Source: Protoeuglena noctilucae
Lineage: Eukaryota
Direction: 5' to 3'
Assembly: GCA_958009085.1 (NCBI GenBank)
Contig: OY253683.1
Coordinates: forward strand, 124,001-188,000
Length of the DNA: 64,000 nucleotides
Part shown: positions 11,957 through 24,383 of the stretch, one piece after another
Layout of the letters: each line of letters begins with the position of its first letter
Numbering within the stretch: the first letter of the stretch is position 1
Program-made: the position numbers and the translations under genes
The notes under the pieces: generated by a model
Database searches by the model: none
What the model was told of the DNA's origin: nothing
Seen by the model: the letters and a program-made list of their open reading frames with translations, nothing else

Positions 11957-14603
11957 ATGTCGGCTTCGGTATCGCGGGCCGTCATGCCCGCTGGGGTCGT
12001 CCTCGGGAAGCCGCCGGGTCCGGCGATGACCAGGGCCAGCCAACGGGTGTGCGCGCGCGCCGGCCGCTTTTCCTGCGCCGCTCGGTGTGCACTTGGACTC
12101 TCGTGTACGCAAAGATTTCCGCTGCGGCATATCTTTGCGCGGGACGCGACCCGCAGAGCTCCCTTGCCCCGTGGCCTCCGCAGCCGGTGTTTGCCGTGGC
12201 AGCTCAGGCCAAGGCCATGCCGCGCCCGACCAGGAGGGCCACCATGGCGGCTCAGGACGTCCCCGACACGGCCGCTGCCGGCGCCCCCGCGGGTGCGGCA
12301 GCTGCGGCCGCCGGGCTGCCTCCGTCCACATCCACTCTGCGCCTGCGTGCCCCGCCGTTTCGGAGCGCCGCCGTCGCTTTCTCCCCGCAGTTGACGCGCG
12401 TCCTGGCCCCGTGACTGTGAGCGTGGACTTGAGCAGCATCGACGAGAGCTCCATGACGCTCGACAACTTCCCCCTGTCGGCCGTGACGTTAGAGGCCCTG
12501 CAGGCCCGCGGGATCACGCACCTCTTCCCCATCCAAAGCGCCTGCCTCGAGCCCGCCCTCCAGGGCCGCGACATCGTCGCCCGCGCCAAGACCGGCTCGG
12601 GCAAGACCCTCGCCTTTGCCATCCCCATCGTCGAGAAGCTGCTCACCGGTGCGGCCCCTGCCCGCACGCTGTGGTCTCTGCCCGCATCGCCGCAAGTGCG
12701 CTTCCGTCGCCTCACCGCCAACCTGCCCTCCCCTCGCAGAGCGCCCCCGGCAGTCCCAGACGCACCGGGACCGCCCGCGATGCGTCGTGATGTGCCCCAC
12801 GCGGGAGCTGGCGATGCAGGTGGAGCGGGAGATCGAGCAGTCGGCTCCCCAGGCACGGTGCATCACCGTGTACGGCGGCGCTCCCGTGTGGAAGCAGGTG
12901 GACCAGCTCAAGCGCGGTGCGGACCTGGTGGTGGGCACGCCCGGGCGCATCATGGATCTGCTGGAGCGTGGCTCGCTGGACCTGAGCGAGTGCGGCTTCG
13001 CGGTGCTGGACGAGGCGGACATGATGCTCGACATGGGCTTCCGCGAGGACATGGACTGGATCCTCGAGCGCATGCCGTCCGAGGGGCGGCAGACGATGCT
13101 CTTTTCGGCCACGCTGCCCCCCTGGGTGCGCAAGCTCACGCGCACCTACCTGCGCAACCCCGTCACCGTCGACCTCATCGGCGAGGCGGGCACGGGGCGC
13201 GTGGCGGACGACGTGACGGTCCTGGCCGTGTCGGTCCCGGAGGACGGCAAGCGGTCCCTGCTGTCCGACCTGATCAGCGTCTACGCCCCCCGCGGCAAGG
13301 CCGTGGTCTTCTGCCAGACCAAGCGCGAGGCGGACGAGGTGGCAGCCGCCGTGGCCTCCTCGCACCCGAGCGAGGTCATGCACGGCGACATCGCGCAGCA
13401 GCAGCGCGAGATCGCCATGGACCGGTTCCGGCAGGGGCGCGTGCGCGTGCTGGTCGCCACGGACGTGGCGTCCCGCGGCCTCGACATCCCGCTGGTCGAC
13501 CTCGTGGTTCACTTTGACCTGCCCCGGGACCAGGAGACGTTCCTGCACCGTTCGGGACGCACGGGGCGCGCGGGCAACAAGGGCACCGGTGAGCGATGGC
13601 AGGGTTAGCAGTTGCGAGCGCACGCGTCGCGGCTGCCCGAGTCATTCACCCACACCCCACATCTCTGCTCCTCGCCTGCAGCGGTGGTCATGTACACGCC
13701 CCAGGAGCGCCGGCTGGTGGCGCAGCTGATGCGCGACACGCAGACGCCCTACAGCAGCATCGGCGCCCCCACGCCCTCGCGCGTGGTCGAGGCCATGGGC
13801 ATCGACCTCCACCAGCGCATCTNNNNNNNNNNNNNNNNNNNNNNNNNNNNNNNNNNNNNNNNNNNNNNNNNNNNNNNNNNNNNNNNNNNNNNNNNNNNNN
13901 NNNNNNNNNNNNNNNNNNNNNNNNNNNNNNNNNNNNNNNNNNNNNNNNNNNNNNNNNNNNNNNNNNNNNNNNNNNNNNNNNNNNNNNNNNNNNNNNNNNN
14001 NNNNNNNNNNNNNNNNNNNNNNCCGTGCTCGCCCTGGACCTGGCCGAGGAAGGACTCCAGGTCAACCAGCCGGACCAGCTCAGCCACGACGAGCTCTCCT
14101 TCCAGGACCTCTCGGGCGCCATCGGGAACCTCGGGGAGGGGCGCGGGCGTGGCGGGCGCGGCGGGCGCGGGGGCCGCGGCAGGAGGGACGACAGGCCAAG
14201 GGGGTCCTTCGGGGACCGCTCGGGTCCCCGCGATGGCGGCTTCCGCGATGGCGGCTTCCGCGACGGCGGGTTCCGCGAGGGTGGCGGCCGCGGGTGGGGC
14301 CGGGGCGGGGGTGGCCGGGGCGGCGGGCGCGGGTCGGAGCGGACGTTCCGCGGCGAGGGCGGGAGCTGGTCGGGTGGCGCCTCGGGGAGGTCGAGCAGCC
14401 GCGCGGGCGACCGCCGGAGCGGCGGGTGGGAGGACTGGGCGGGGGGCAGTGGCGCCGGGGCGGAGGGCGACGGGCGCCCGCGCCGGCCGAGCCGCCCGCC
14501 TGCCCGGTCCCGGGGCGGGGACGGCGCCGGCGCGTGGGGTGCACCCGCGGCTGACAGCGGGTCGGGTGCCTTGGGGAGCGGGGGCTTCACGGACGCGTGG
14601 TGA
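11957..14603 (+). CDS. Organellar DEAD-box RNA helicase (RH3/RH9/RH53 type) with an RGG-rich tail; spans an assembly gap
   Basis: Motifs are Q (GITHLFPIQ), AKTGSGKT, PTRELA, TPGR, DEAD, SAT, ATDVASRGLD and HRSGRTGRAG. The N-terminus is transit-peptide-like and the C-terminus is G/R-rich, ending in TGA at 14601-14603. Confidence 0.92.
13823..14022. other. Assembly gap (200 N)
   Basis: Run of N inside the helicase gene. Confidence 1.
14229..14285 (+). repeat. Coding 15-bp tandem repeat (RDGGF x3 plus REGG) in the helicase tail
   Basis: cgcgatggcggcttc cgcgatggcggcttc cgcgacggcgggttc cgcgagggtggc. Confidence 0.9.
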
Positions 14604-14949
14604 TTGCGATTGGCATGGGACGGTCCGAGCCGAGGTGCCGCGTCATGTTGACGGGACGCAAGATCGTGGTTGCGGTGTTTTCGTGACTGTGGAGGTCACC
14701 GCAGCCGCGTGAGGGGCTAGCGAGGCAGGTAGCGGATGAGGACGCTGGCAGGCCATCTGCAGGGATAGGTCCACTTGGGGTGCTGGCAATGCTGCGCGTG
14801 TTGGTATGGTTTCATTCTTGTCTAGAGCCCGCTAGGGCTGGAAGGGGCGGCAGCATAGCGCACCCGCGTGGGACTGGGATTGTGAACGAAGACAAGTGAA
14901 CCCTAGCCAAAAGCATGCTCAAGCCAAAGCATGCCGAGAGCTGCTGTCA

Positions 14950-16030
14950 TCACAAAGGGCCTTGGGCCGTGCCGTCCTGCACCATGGCCATCGCCTCGGC
15001 CTTTGTCGGCGCGGGCTGGATGCGCAGCCGAGCCCGCAACTCCTGCAGGTCGTCGGCGAAATGTCGCTCGTAGTAGATGCTCATGAGGTCGGCGCAGCGC
15101 AGACCGGTGCGGAGGGCCCAGGGCATGTAGACGCCCCAAAGAGCCTGCCGGTTCGCTTTCTCCAGTCGGAACTGCGCACCCGCCACCGCCAGCAGGCCCA
15201 CCGGCATGCCCGTCTGCGTGACACGGCAGGGTGCGTGGTGCGTGGGCGCAATGACACATCGTCCCCTCTTTTGTGTGCGGAAATCTCCACCTGCGGACCA
15301 TCTCCGCAGCGCAACTTGACGCTCACCTGAGCCAGCTCGACTCCCTTCAATGCCAGCTCCCCCAGCACCGTGGTCGGGCACCCAAAGAGCACGTGCCAGA
15401 AGTCGTGGGCCTCCCTCGCCCTCCGCGCCACGTACGCCAGGTCGGGATCGTCGACAAAGCGCACGGCGGGCCGGTCGTCCGGACTGAAGCCCCGCTTGGC
15501 CATGAAGGCATGGTAGGCGCCGCCAAAGGTCGAAGGGGGCAGAGCCGCGAGCGCCCGCGCCGTCTCTGACGTCACCGTTGGCCTCTCGCGCAATATGGCG
15601 GCTCCCTCCTCCGACGCAAGCATCCGCGCCCGCATCTTCGCGAGCGCTGCGGCCCCTGTGGCCAGGGACACAAAGCACCCTGCTGGTCTCGCCTTGCCAG
15701 TTCGCGAACCCGCATCTACGCGGTCGTGCGCGACTCACCGGTCGTCTCTCCGACGGCAGCGACGAGGTCGGCTCGCGCTGGGTTGAGGACGGCGCCCACG
15801 GCGCTGCCCGCCGCGACCGCAAGCTTCCCCAGCGCCGAGAGCGGCACGTGCGTCGGATACAGCTGCTCCCTGTGCTCAGCGGACCTTCGATGCGTCGGTC
15901 TGGCGAAACCGCACGGCTCGGATGCTCGCGACGCGCTCTCTAGGCGGCCCCTCACCGTGCCCACAGCTCCGTTCCTCGCCCAGACGAGCTCGCCTGCCCT
16001 CCCCGCGCCTCTCCCGGTGCGGACTCCCAT
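14950..16030 (-). CDS. COQ4: Ubiquinone biosynthesis protein COQ4 (mitochondrial)
   Basis: Motifs are [34 protein letters not shown], the Zn motif [31 protein letters not shown], and [11 protein letters not shown]. The start is tentative. Confidence 0.93.
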
Positions 16031-16329
16031 CTACATTGTGAGTATGGAAGCAAGGACACCACGCCTCCCCTCTGCGCTCCCCAGGCCTTCAAAGCCCTGC
16101 GTGCTATGGCCATGGCGCTGACACGACCCAGTCTGCTCCTAGATAGCGGCTGACACATTTGTCACGTGGCTGCAGCCCGCCCACCCATCACGAAGGCCTG
16201 GAGCCCTAAAGCTGCTTCCTGGCGTGCCGCAGCTGCCGTGCATTTCTTCTGGCTGTCGTGCGAGCCTGCGAACGCGAGAATGGCGTCGGTGGTCCCGTCC
16301 CTGCGCTGCGGCGTCGCCATGCTTTGGCA

Positions 16330-17416
16330 ATGACGTCGTGTTGCACGCTCCGGCGGGTCGTTGGCCATCCCTTTCCCTCCTGCCGCCTCGGGAGCCCTGC
16401 GCGCGGACACACGCCGTTCTTCCGCCTCACACGCGCCCATGGAGAGGGCAGGGAGACCGGTTTGAGTGTGGAGGCGGACAACGGGGCCGACGCAAGCCTA
16501 TCCACCGCGGTGGACGCCGTGCGGGCGAGGTTCCGAAGCAAATACGCGAGGGACCCATGCGATCAAGAGGACACGACCTCTCGAGGAGCGAGTGAGGGCT
16601 GGGGACCTCTTGCTTTGATAGCACGAACGAGGCAGCCAGAGAACTGCGGCGAGCTCCGAGCCCAGGCGTAGCGCGCGCAGGGCGGAGAGGGACGAAAGGC
16701 GACGTGTTCTTCCGAGCCATCGGAGTCGACTTCGGGCGTCAGAGGACGGGCGTGGCCGTCAGCACAGGCGGGATGTCGCCCCGTCCTCTGGAGGTGCTGC
16801 AGACGGGGGGCTGGAGGGCCGGGGGCTGGAAAAAGACGGCGCAGCGCATCGTGGAGATAGCCGTACAGGAGGCCGCTGACGGCATCGTCGTGGGCATCCC
16901 CGTGACGAGTGAGGGTGGCCGAGTGCACGCACGCGCCTGCGCTGAGCCCGCCAGTGCTTCCCTTGCTTAGTCGAGCATATGATGTTGCCTTCTCGCAGGC
17001 GAGGGTTCGATTAAGGACAAGAAGACGGATTCCGAGCAAGGGCGCTTCTGCCGGTACTTTGCACGGGAGGTGGCAACGGCGGGTGAGCCTAGACTGACCA
17101 CCAGTGGCAGCCTGCCATGGCCTGTTTCATGTAATGTAACAGACTGCCCTGCGCCCCCGCCGTAGCGAGCGAGGCGGGTCTCCGTGTGGTTCTGGCGAAC
17201 GAGGCATGCACGAGCGCCGGGGCGGTGGACGCGCTCGCGGCTTCGGGGCGCCGGCGTTACAGCAGCTTGGATGACGTGGCTGCCGCGGTGCTGCTGGAGA
17301 ATTACTACGCGTCGAATGGGGAGGAGACGGTGGCGGTGAAGCCACCGAGGGCGCCGTGGGGCGCGCGGCCACGGCCGCCCAGTCGGGGGCAAGCGCGGGG
17401 CACGTCACCGACATAG
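16330..17416 (+). CDS. YqgF/RuvX family nuclease (pre-rRNA processing or resolvase-like), probably organelle-targeted
   Basis: Motifs are AIGVDFGRQRTGVAVS, IVVGIP, LANEACTS and LDDVAAAVLLENYY, spread over four in-phase exons after a transit-like N-terminus. Confidence 0.85.
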
Positions 17417-17500
17417 CGCATGTCACGCATGATCACCAGCGACCACATTGGTGAATCAAAGCACGGTTGCTTGAAAGCAAAGAACACGGTTGCGCTGTTC

Positions 17501-20424
17501 CTACGTGCGAGTGATGCCCGGCAGCCGCACCGTGGACTGCGTGGGTGCCACGGGCCACCCCTCAGACTCGAGTTTGTGTCGGAAGAGCTGGGGGTACCTG
17601 CGCTCCCACTCCGTCCGCGTGTCCTCCTCCCACCGCGGCTTGTCCGTCAGGTAGAGCGGCTCCTGCATCGCGGCATGCGAGAGAGCCTCACACCAAGCAT
17701 GAGCATCGCGACACAGCGACGGCACTCGATGGCACCGCCGTGCTCGTAAAGAATCTCTGCAAACTAGCACAGCCATCGTCTCCCTCACCGTGAAGTCCTT
17801 GTTGAGCCAGTCCGTGGGCATCAGCCGGTGATCCACGATGCTTGCCAGGTACGCCCTGGCGGCATCCCTGTCGCCCAGCAGCGCCAAAGCCTCGTCCCGC
17901 ACCTCCTGACTCAGGCGCGTGCGCTCGTAGCCCTGGGGGGTACCCACGTCCCACCTGCGACCCGCAGGCAGCCCCACCTCACGCCAGGGCTAGCGTAGGG
18001 CTGGCGTACTATGACGGAGCTAGTGCACATCGCACGTCCTCTATCCACCCATCGCAGCCCACACACCTGGCGTCCTTCCCTCCCGCGGCCGTGCGGATCA
18101 GGAACTCTCTCGCGTCCTTCAGGCCCTCGCTCTCAAACGCCCAGTCCTCAATCGCCCTCGACAGCTCCAACGCATCGCTCTCGGTCGGCGCACCCCGGTC
18201 ATCATCGATCATGGCGACCCTGTAAACGTAGCAGAATGAGACGTGGTCTGTATGAGCACGTTGGGAGCCGTGCTGATTGGGTTTGCAGGTCGCCAGGGCT
18301 AGCAACTAGCAAGGACGGGGCAAGGGTAACTATGACCGATAGTAGCAAAGACCCACCAGAAAAGCAGATGGCAACAGATTTCGCAAACAGGCGATGATTG
18401 GTAGCAACCATGGCAGTCATGGGCGGTCCCCTGTTCTTACACACAGCGAGCCTGGCACTCGCCTTAGCAGCGTGGCGGGCATGCCCTTAGCATCGGCCGA
18501 GAGGACTTGGGCGGAGAAGAACCAGTCCCGGGGGACGTAAAGCGCGTCCCCCGGGCGCAGCACGCACGTGCATCCCCGGACGTCGGCGCTCTGGGGCCAC
18601 GAGGCCGTGTCGGGGGCGCAGAAGTCGACCATGGGGTGTCTGTCGTAGGGATGGCGTGTCGGGAAGGGGTAGCACCCGGACAGCGCGTGCTGGGGCGGGA
18701 CCAGGCACACCCGCAGGCGCCCGTGCGTGCACACCACGAAGGCATCCTCGCTGTAGTACTGCAGCACGACACGACAGCACGACATGATATGATGGGCCGT
18801 GGCAACATAGCAATTGTCGTTGCATGTCCAGCCGATAGATGCAAACAGAGGTCTATTGTGACTACTCAAGTGACCCATACCAAGCCCTGACCAGGCTCTC
18901 AGTCACCTTGAGTGGGGCGAACCCCAGGTCCGGCAGCACCCACATCTCCACGACCCTGCACCCGTCGTAGCCGAGCGTGAGTGCCATGCGGCCGAAGAAG
19001 GACCACTGAACGCCGTCCATGAACCCCTGGGGGCACACCGTTGTCCTGGCCAGCATACGCAGGCCGGTGCGGTCGCGGGGCACATCAAATGGCAGAGCTC
19101 TCCCCGACGTGTCGCCGTCCACTGTCGAGGCACCGAGCGGGTCCACGCAGGCATCGCTCGCGTCGTCCTCGTCACCCAGGGGCACACTCTCCAGCGACAC
19201 CATAGACATGAGAGCATCCAGGCTCAGCTGGTCGATGTCGACTGCAGCACGCGCGCCGTCATCCCCACCCCTGCTAGACGCCCCCTCGTCTCCATCACCC
19301 ACGCCTGGTTTGTTCAATACTTCTCGGTGCTTGTCAGAGGCCTGCTCGCCTGCCGGGCCACCCGCCTGCTTGGCAGCGCCCTTTGGCATGGCCACGGCCA
19401 ATGGCGTCTTCATCATCACCCCCGTGTCCCTCCAACTGAGGCAGCAGTCGTAGAACTCCCTGCGTTGTGAAGGCAAAGCAGACAGGGTCAAGGGTCACAC
19501 AACACCAGTCAACATCGCCACATCAGATTGACTGTGACGGCCACGACCCTCACTCTGTGGTCATGGCCCTCGCGGAACTGAGGGGCTCTCGGACGTGAAA
19601 GACGCTTCCAAAGACGTTCTTCTCCGCCTCAAGGTCGTAAAAATCCTTCCGAGACTTGGCCGCAGCAATCATGCACCGCACCTTCCCATCCCTGCAAGCA
19701 CACAAGATGTCTTGAATGATTGCAGGACATTCTGCGGACCAGGACGTCGTGTTCTATCATGTGGATAGATATGTGTCTGGATAGAGATGTGGCCTCCCCC
19801 TCGCACTCACCCGAAATCCCTCGCCACGTCTTGGGCCGTGCGCCAACGCTTCATAAGGCCGTCCGCCACCCCGGTGCCCTCCATCACGACCGGGGAGCTG
19901 TCGACCATGAGCCGGTGAGCCTCGTGCGCGGGGGTCGAGTCCCAGCCTGCCGCTCCGATGCTCTTTCGCGGCACCCACGATGCGTAGAGGGGCCTGCAAG
20001 CAAGCAGCGTGGGGGAAAGCTGGGACATTTTGCTGTAGTCGCGACACGAGGCAGCAATGAAGCATGCCAGTAGTATGGTTACATACATATCTAATGTCTC
20101 GCCAGCTCGCCTATGCATGCGCCGCGGCGGGTCCGTCGGGAGCTCGCCGTGAAGGCGGGCCTCCGAGGCGCTGGGGTCCGTGGCGACGCTGGGGGTCCTG
20201 TGGGAATGCGGGGGGTTGATTTTGTTGAACTAAATGAGCAATGTCTTGGTGAATCGTGGAGCGTGTGAATAAGGTCGCGAGCGCGGCGGTGGAAGGGCGA
20301 GAAGTCACCTGCGCAGGACCACGCCCTTCCCCCTCGCCCCGCCATCTACGACGATCCTGACGGGCGGCGTAGCGACTTCATTGCCCGCTTTGTCCGTCAC
20401 ATGCAGCTCCTTGCCGTCCACCAT
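17501..20424 (-). CDS. FIH/HIF1AN-like JmjC (cupin) domain protein, apparently catalytically inactive
   Basis: PVVMEGTGVADGLMKRW and CYPFPTRHPYDRHPMVDFCAPDTASWP..VLRPGDALYVPRDWF match the FIH-type JmjC core, but the metal ligands are absent (see findings). The start is tentative. Confidence 0.8.
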
Positions 20425-20716
20425 CGCCTCGTGTCGAGGGATGCGGTCACAAGCGTCTGCCTCGCAACCGTGCCTGCGCAGCCTCCTGAGCGCGATAACA
20501 CCCAATCACAGGGCAGGCAGCACTATTAAAATAGCTGTATGCATTGGGGTTCAACAAAATACAGCCAGTCTTTCGCCAGTGCCCTCGCGCCCGCGCGGAA
20601 GACGAGGGGACATTCGCCAGGCTGCTCGTTCCTCGCCGGCTCCTTCAGCTCATCAACGCCGCTGATGTTATCTTCAATCGTTGGTGAGTTTCTGGCCAAT
20701 TCATGAGCTACAACCA

Positions 20717-23700
20717 TCAAGAGGCCTGCGCGCTCTTGCCCCGCTTGGCCAGCTTGCCGAGGTTGACGAGCTCGGGGCGGCCCATGCCGCCAAAGGCAAC
20801 TGCGGCGAGGAGCATGACTCCGGAAACGGCGCACGCCGCGAAGCCCATGCCGAAGCACCCGACGGGGCCCATCCCCGCTGCGACCGTGGCGTCCGACAGC
20901 TGGCCCGCCCAGAGGTTGCCGAAGAAGAGGAATCCAGCGGAGATGATGTCGAAGATGCTGCGGATTGACAGGAGATTAGCATGTGTTGTATGATATGCAG
21001 CATTCCAATGCAACTGACTCACTGTTAAAGATGATGCAGCATTACCCTGCTGATAACCATAGCACGTTGCGCCTCGCCGCACCTGAACGCCGTGCCCGAG
21101 AGGGAGTCCGGGGCGTAGGACTGCAGCGTGGCCCCGATGAGCGAGTGCGTGAGGCCCATGTGGAGCCCGACCAGCGCCCACCCGGCCCACATGCCAAGCG
21201 CGTTGCTGGCCAGGCCAAACGTGGCGTGGGCTCCCAGGAAGGCCGCGTAGCCGATCGCGAAGGCCACGTTGCGGCGCTTCACGTGCTCCCTCGCAATGTC
21301 CTCGGGCCTGCGAGTGTGGCTCCAAACACCGCCTTGCAGATCGATGGCTCATGAGGGCGGCACGTGGCTTAGGGAAGTTATAAGGGTAAGGAAGCGGTTC
21401 ATTGCCCCTCACCTTCCGCCGGCGAGGTCCGCGCACGACACCCACGCGCCCGACAGCTTGCCCGACACTCCGTTGATGAGCATAGACATGGCGACGAGCG
21501 TGGGGACCAGCACACGGTCGACCCCGACCGACGCCACCCGGATGCTCACGAAGGAAGGCTCGAAGCGGGCCAGGTACAGCACGGAGAACTGCGGGGCGCG
21601 GGCGACACAGAGGTATTTACATGCGCAGCCATGGCTTGTGGTACAATACGCATGCCTTGCGTCACAACGCCACTCACGGCTGCGGCCGCCTGCCAGTAGG
21701 GCCCCGGGAGGGTGAGGACCTTGGATGCCCATTCCGTGAAGGCCCGCGTGTTGCGCTGGATCCACGACCCACCCTTAGCAGCCGCGGCAGGGTCAGCCGT
21801 GGGGGTGGCGTGCTTAGCAGGGACTGTGTCAACTTTGGCAGGGGCTGCAGCCGTCGCCCGCTCCTCAGCCTCCTCCTCTTTGTCCTCCGGCTGCGTCGCG
21901 CACGTCGCAGCGGTGAGAACACGAGACGTGGTGGCAAGAAAATGCGATCGCAGACCATGCGTGGCATGTGCCCCTCACCAGGCCCGCGCAGATGAAGCCG
22001 GCCAGCACGGCCGGGACGATGGCGATGGTGAAGCAGGTGACGTAGGACGCACCGGAAGCAGCGAAGATGAGCGAGGCGGCCACGCAACCAAAAGCATTGG
22101 CCAGGGTCTGCGGTCACACAACGCGGGGGTGGGTGGGTCGACAGACGCCACCATGTCTCGCCATGCATGTGGCAGGAGACTCGACTAAGACTTGTACCGC
22201 CACGAGTGACACTGCCAGACTGTCACACACTGTCACCTGGTAGGCGGCCTTGGAGGCGAGGGCGGCGGCCTTGTTTGGCCCCGTCACTTTGGCAATCAGC
22301 GCCTTCATGGGGGTGTCGCGGAACCCCTTCGTGACCTTGTCAAGCAGGCGAGCCATGGACACCCACCACAGCACACCTGCGGGCAAGGCAACCCACGCAC
22401 GTGCGGTGCCTGAGCTTCACCACTCGCACCAAACAACAGTGTTTCAGAGACAACCAAACAACGACACCAATAACGCTCTTAAGCATCAGTGCACACACCA
22501 CACGTCTTCTTAGTGCACACATCCATTTGCAATGAGCACGGCACGTCACCTGCAGCCCCGGCGGCGGCGTGCACCCATCCCGTGGCGGCAAACATGGGCC
22601 TCCCGGCGGCGAACAGCACCGCGCCGAAGACCATAAGACGCTTGTGGTCCCACAGGTCGCCCATGATGCCGCTGCCGAAGTTGAACACCTTCTGCGACCA
22701 GCCAGGCACCCAGGCACATCACGATCGTCAGCCCAACACGGGGTCACGTGGTCGTGAGACAGACGACCTGATGTACCCTGTCTCATTGGACCCGGTGGTC
22801 AGATATAAGTTAGCATCGCTAACATCAACAACACTCGCCTGGGCCAGCATGGAGAAGCTCTCGAGTTGCCCGATGCGGCCCATGGAGAGCTGGAGGCTGT
22901 CCTTCAGGTACAGCGGAAGGTATGAGGTGACCATGATGCCACTGAGGATCCAGAGGGCCTGGACGAGGCAGAGAGAGCCGACGTAGAGGGACGCGGCGCG
23001 GTCGCCGGGCACGGGCTCCACCAGGGACTGCAGGAAGCGGCTCAGGGCGCCCGGACTGGCGGGGGCGGCCTTGGATGGCCTGGGAGAGGACGCCGCGTCT
23101 TTGCTGCGGGTACCCCGCTTGTCAGGCTCGTAGTTGGGCATCAGGAGCATGTCGTTGGGGTCCGGGCGGAATTTCTCGGGGAGGTGAGGGGCGGGCAGGT
23201 CATCCGAGTCCGAAGCATCGCTCAGGTGCGGGTCGATGGCGCTGACGTCTACGTTGGACACGTTGTCTGCACGAAGGAAGACAGAGGGGCGGGGTGCTCG
23301 GGGCCGGGCGTGCGCGCGATGCGGCGAGAGGCGAGGCCCTCGTGCACGCAGGAAGGCGAAGAGACATGGGGCTATGCCGCCCATCCCGCCCACGACGCCC
23401 TTAGCCCGCGCTCGCCACCAACGCAGAAATGTATCCTCGTGGCGACATACGCGCGGGGGGGCCCAGGGACCGCTGACATATGAATTCAGCGCCCTCCAAA
23501 GTTCGCGCCCCCCCACATCTCGCCTGTGAACATCATGCCTGGGTCCCCGAACGCTGCAGCACACTTCCGCGCCCTGGACAGTTTGGCCGACGCGCTGCGC
23601 ACCGTCGGCACGGCCGGAGCGGGCGCGCCGAGGGGTGTCGACAGCAGCCTCCTAAAAAGGACCGCGGGCCGCGCGTCCCCGAGCCCGCATGCCCTCATCG

Positions 23701-23740
23701 CTCCGGAGCTGGTCCTCCATGCCCCTGATGTCTGCATCAT
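20717..23740 (-). CDS. Major facilitator superfamily transporter with an N-terminal extension (possible plastid transit peptide)
   Basis: Motifs are MVTSYLPLYLKDSLQLSMGRIGQLES, a motif A-like SGIMGDLWDHKRLMVFG, ARLLDKVTKGFRDTPMKALIA, LYLARFEPSF and ALVGLHMGLTHSLIGA. There are many hydrophobic helices. Confidence 0.85.
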
Positions 23741-24383
23741 GGCCGCGGGTCCGCTCGCCAACATCCTTTCGAGCCAAGTGAGCCACGCAGTGGCTACTCT
23801 CGCTGTCTCGACACCAATATCGAGCGAGGACACGTTAAGTTATCCCCGCCATGCCATGCTGTCGCCCTCGTCGCGCTGCGCTGCCCTCGTCGGGTCGAAA
23901 CTGAAGGGACGCAGCTGCACCCGAAGCTTTTCGACCCGCCGACGGTGTGTGCGTGCAATAGGTACAAAACGCCATCGATATATGCTTGTATTTTGCTGAA
24001 TGGCACTCACTTTTACCAGACAGCTTTCTGGTGCGGACGCCTGGCACCAGTCTTGCCACGGTGGAGCCCCCAGCTGCGGCATTTTGCTGGCGAGGCTACC
24101 GCAGACCCCCCTGTCGTCGTCGCCTCCCCTTGGACGCGTCTGTCCCGCGCCGCTTCTCTCACGCGTGCCCTGTCTGGCCGGCAGGGTCCAGAAGATGTGC
24201 CCCATCCATGTCGGGGCACCGTTGTCGACGTTAAATGCGCCATCCGTTGACCCGCGCCGGAATCGGCTGCTTCTCCGTGGCGCCATGCAGGTGGGGAAGC
24301 CACGCCGCTTAGGTGATGGGCCAGGAGGGGATGGATTTCGCAGACGTGTGGCATTTCGTAGAACTTTGGTTGTCACCTATGCG

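Noticed and set aside
17186..17310. YqgF motif NEACTS instead of DERxS/T as a sign of inactivity
   Set aside because: The N-terminal Asp (GVDFG), the Glu and the C-terminal Asp (LDDVAA) are retained, so there is no good case for a pseudoenzyme.
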